NCBI RefSeq assembly: GCF_001194135.2
Contig: NC_068992.1
Coordinates: 18,467,276 to 18,508,787 of the forward strand
Origin: Octopus bimaculoides
Taxonomy: Eukaryota
Length of the DNA stretch: 41,512 bases
Reading direction: 5' to 3'
Part shown: one piece after another, positions 38,366-41,512 of the stretch
Position numbering within the stretch: position 1 is the first letter of the stretch
How the letters are laid out: each line of letters starts with the position of its first letter
Program-made: the position numbers and the translations under genes
Notes under the pieces: generated by a model
What the model was told of the DNA's origin: nothing
What the model saw: only the letters and a program-made list of their open reading frames with translations
Database searches by the model: none

Positions 38366-39265
38366 GGAAAGTAGATCGCCACAAAGCGAGTTTCCCGAGG
38401 AGATATTTGCATTATTGCATAAAAGAATCCGGCTGATTTTTTCGTGTGTATATGTTTTTGTGTGTGCGTTTCCCTGTGTATATTTCTATGTGTGTGTGTT
38501 TGTGTTAGTGCGCTTGTCGATGTTAAAATTCCGCTCAAAGTATATGCAATGTTGCTAGTGAATTTGAACTCCGAAACAAAGATTTATAAAATAAGACATG
38601 AAGTACCCGTGTGGATATAATTATCTAAAAGACAGGAAGGTAATTGCTCTGTATGGCTTAAGTCTTATGAATGAAAGCATTAAAAGACTTAACAGAATAA
38701 ATAGTGATATATCATTCCTTCCTTGCTACATCATTATATATCTGTAATTATTTTCGTATGATTCAATATATCAAATCGTTAATGAATGTTTGCAAATTAT
38801 TAAATACCTCGATTGAATGTATTGTGCAGATGCTTCTTGGCGGGTTGCTTCTTAAGCTATCAGACTAGATTTAGATTGCATAATTGTTTAATGACTCGTG
38901 TTTTAATGAGATATTATCCAGGCCAAGCTGGATATCAAACGGCAGATAAATACAGAATAAACACTGATGCAGCACGGCACATGTCTATCTGCTTAGCTGC
39001 TATCTATCTATCTATGTATCTATCTATCTATCCATGCAATATGTGTACATGTATATATATGTGTGTGTGGGGGTGTGTGTGTGTGGTGTGTATTTATATA
39101 TAGAGAGATACATATACATAAACATATACATATATTTATAAATATGCATATGTGTGTATGTATGTTTCCAATTATGTGTATATGTATGTATATATATGTG
39201 GGTGTGTCTATATATACATACATACACATATATATGTGTGTGTATGTATGTATGTATGTGTGTAT

Positions 39266-39309
<44 letters not shown>

Positions 39310-39532
39310 NNNNNNNNNNNNNNNNNNNNNNNNNNNNNNNNNNNNNNNNNNNNNNNNNNNNNNNNNNNNNNNNNNNNNNNNNNNNNNNNNNNNNNNNNNN
39401 NNNNNNNNNNNNNNNNNNNNNNNNNNNNNNNNNNNNNNNNNNNNNNNNNNNNNNNNNNNNNNNNNNNNNNNNTATATATATAAATATGAGAGTTTCAATG
39501 AAGTATGCACGCAAATACGCACATATACACAC

Positions 39533-39569
<37 letters not shown>

Positions 39570-39789
39570 ATATATATATATCCCCGCAGACAACGCCTTA
39601 TTCCTGGGAGCCCCTGGAACAAATTGCGCTACACCCTTTAATCTACAATGCTCTTGCTAAGTGTATAGTGCTCAAGTGTATCTATAACCAAGCACCGACT
39701 ACTCCTCGGTCGTCTCTATCCGAATGAATTTCTTTTAATCTGCTACGCTCACAGTTACGCATTAAGACTCTCCATTATATGTAACCATA

Positions 39790-40000
39790 GCACTTTACCT
39801 AACTGGAAGGTTACTGGGACATAAACATACCAGCATCGGTTGACAAGGTTTTTTTAAGTTTCCATCTTTCAAATTCGTTCACAAGCCTTTGTTCGGCTGG
39901 AGGTCATAGAAAATACGTACCCGGATTGCCAGGCAGTCGCAGTGAGGCTGAACCAGTCACCATGTGGTTGAGAAGCACGTTTCATGCTACAGAGCCACCC
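39790..40000 (-). mobile_element. SINE family A, partial
   Basis: CCAGCATCGGTTGACAAG..CACAAGCCTTTGTTCGGC..GCAGTGAGGCTGAACC..CATGTGGTTGAGAAGC..GCCAC. Confidence 0.7.
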
Positions 40001-40515
40001 GTGCATATAATTGCAAACTTTGTGTTTACATATTTCCTGTATGAATGTGGGTGAATGACTTTGATAGAAGGTTTATTTAATTGTAGCGGTTTGGGTCAGT
40101 TTTGAGTACTGTCGCCTATGAATGCCTATGACATGCAAACAAACATACAGACACATTTATGATCGCATGATATATACGTGAATCAATATATTTGACATGA
40201 AAGTGTCATTTATGTAACTATGAATATGGAAACACATGTTTGTATATTTAAATATGGGTAATTATATGAAATAATATATATTTATATATATATATCTTTG
40301 CTATTATGTTAAACTGTCGTATGTCCAAATTTGGCCAAATGCGTTTTTTTCGGGTCATTTGGTCAAACCATCGTATCTCCAGCTAGTCAGATGCCCAGAT
40401 ATCAAAAAGTGTTAAAGTGTAGCACAAGGATTTTGCTATGGAATGGTGAAACCATTTTTTCATTTTCTGAAAAAGCAACCTTTTGGACTTTTGCGTAATA
40501 GCACTGAAATATATA

Positions 40516-40560
<45 letters not shown>

Positions 40561-40980
40561 NNNNNNNNNNNNNNNNNNNNNNNNNNNNNNNNNNNNNNNN
40601 NNNNNNNNNNNNNNNNNNNNNNNNNNNNNNNNNNNNNNNNNNNNNNNNNNNNNNNNNNNNNNNNNNNNNNNNNNNNNNNNNNNNNNNNNNNNNNNNNNNN
40701 NNNNNNNNNNNNNNNNNNNNNNNNNNNNNNNNNNNNNNNNNNNNNNNNNNNNNNNNNNNNNNNNNNNNNNNNNNNNNNNNNNNNNNNNNNNNNNNNNNNN
40801 NNNNNNNNNNNNNNNNNNNNNNNNNNNNNNNNNNNNNNNNNNNNNNNNNNNNNNNNNNNNNNNNNNNNNNNNNNNNNNNNNNNNNNNNNNNNNNNNNNNN
40901 NNNNNNNNNNNNNNNNNNNNNNNNNNNNNNNNNNNNNNNNNNNNNNNNNNNNNNNNNNNNNNNNNNNNNNNNNNNNNNNN

Positions 40981-41033
<53 letters not shown>

Positions 41034-41512
41034 TGTTTGCCTCTATGTATAGAAATATTTGATGTGTGAGGGTAGGTTGATGAAATGAAATAATGTGTAC
41101 AGATGAAAGAGAGCGCAGAAGAACTCGCCGAAGCAGAAATTGTTAGAGTGTACCATGCGGAAGTTTAGTGACGGCACAGGAACAACCTCTCCAAAATTGT
41201 ACATTCACTTTGAAATTCTCATCACTTCATCATTTACTATCTTTGCATGTAGGATAGGAACACAGACCTTTACGAAACACATTAGACGCCTTCGTGAATA
41301 TATTTGCTAGGATGTAAGCGACCATATAATCTAACCAGAAAATGACAAGTACACACCCCTCCACGTACACGCGCAGGCACAAACACACATACACACAATC
41401 TATATGTCCCTGGTATGTCCACAAAAATCAGTTGCCTCGATCGTAACTGAATCTCTAAGCAGAAGCATCTAAATCAATCCCGTTATATGTATATATATAT
41501 ATATATATATAT

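Overview
Eukaryotic, AT-rich, repeat-dominated scaffold segment with 11 N-gaps (about 3.3 kb), nearly all flanked by simple repeats. The two tRNA-derived SINE families and the microsatellite load suggest an Octopus (coleoid cephalopod) draft genome; this is inference from memory of the repeat sequences, not a search. I found no intact protein-coding gene, and most track ORFs are microsatellite or N-gap translations. The window holds about 20 SINE copies, two mariner relics, a young R4/Dong-type LINE 3' end missed by the ORF track, older RTE- and L1/Tx1-like fragments, and possible Helitron/Helentron ends. The best second-look items are: a 239-bp near-perfect palindrome (34131-34369); a mariner built from two 5' ends (2221-3092); an RLE LINE sitting between GATA and CATA microsatellites (20040-20601); a candidate decayed intronless 7-TM GPCR (minus strand, 35870-37000); and a five-copy head-to-tail SINE array (27310-28375). 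I cannot support a wholly new biological system from sequence alone. Boundaries of old repeats are approximate.
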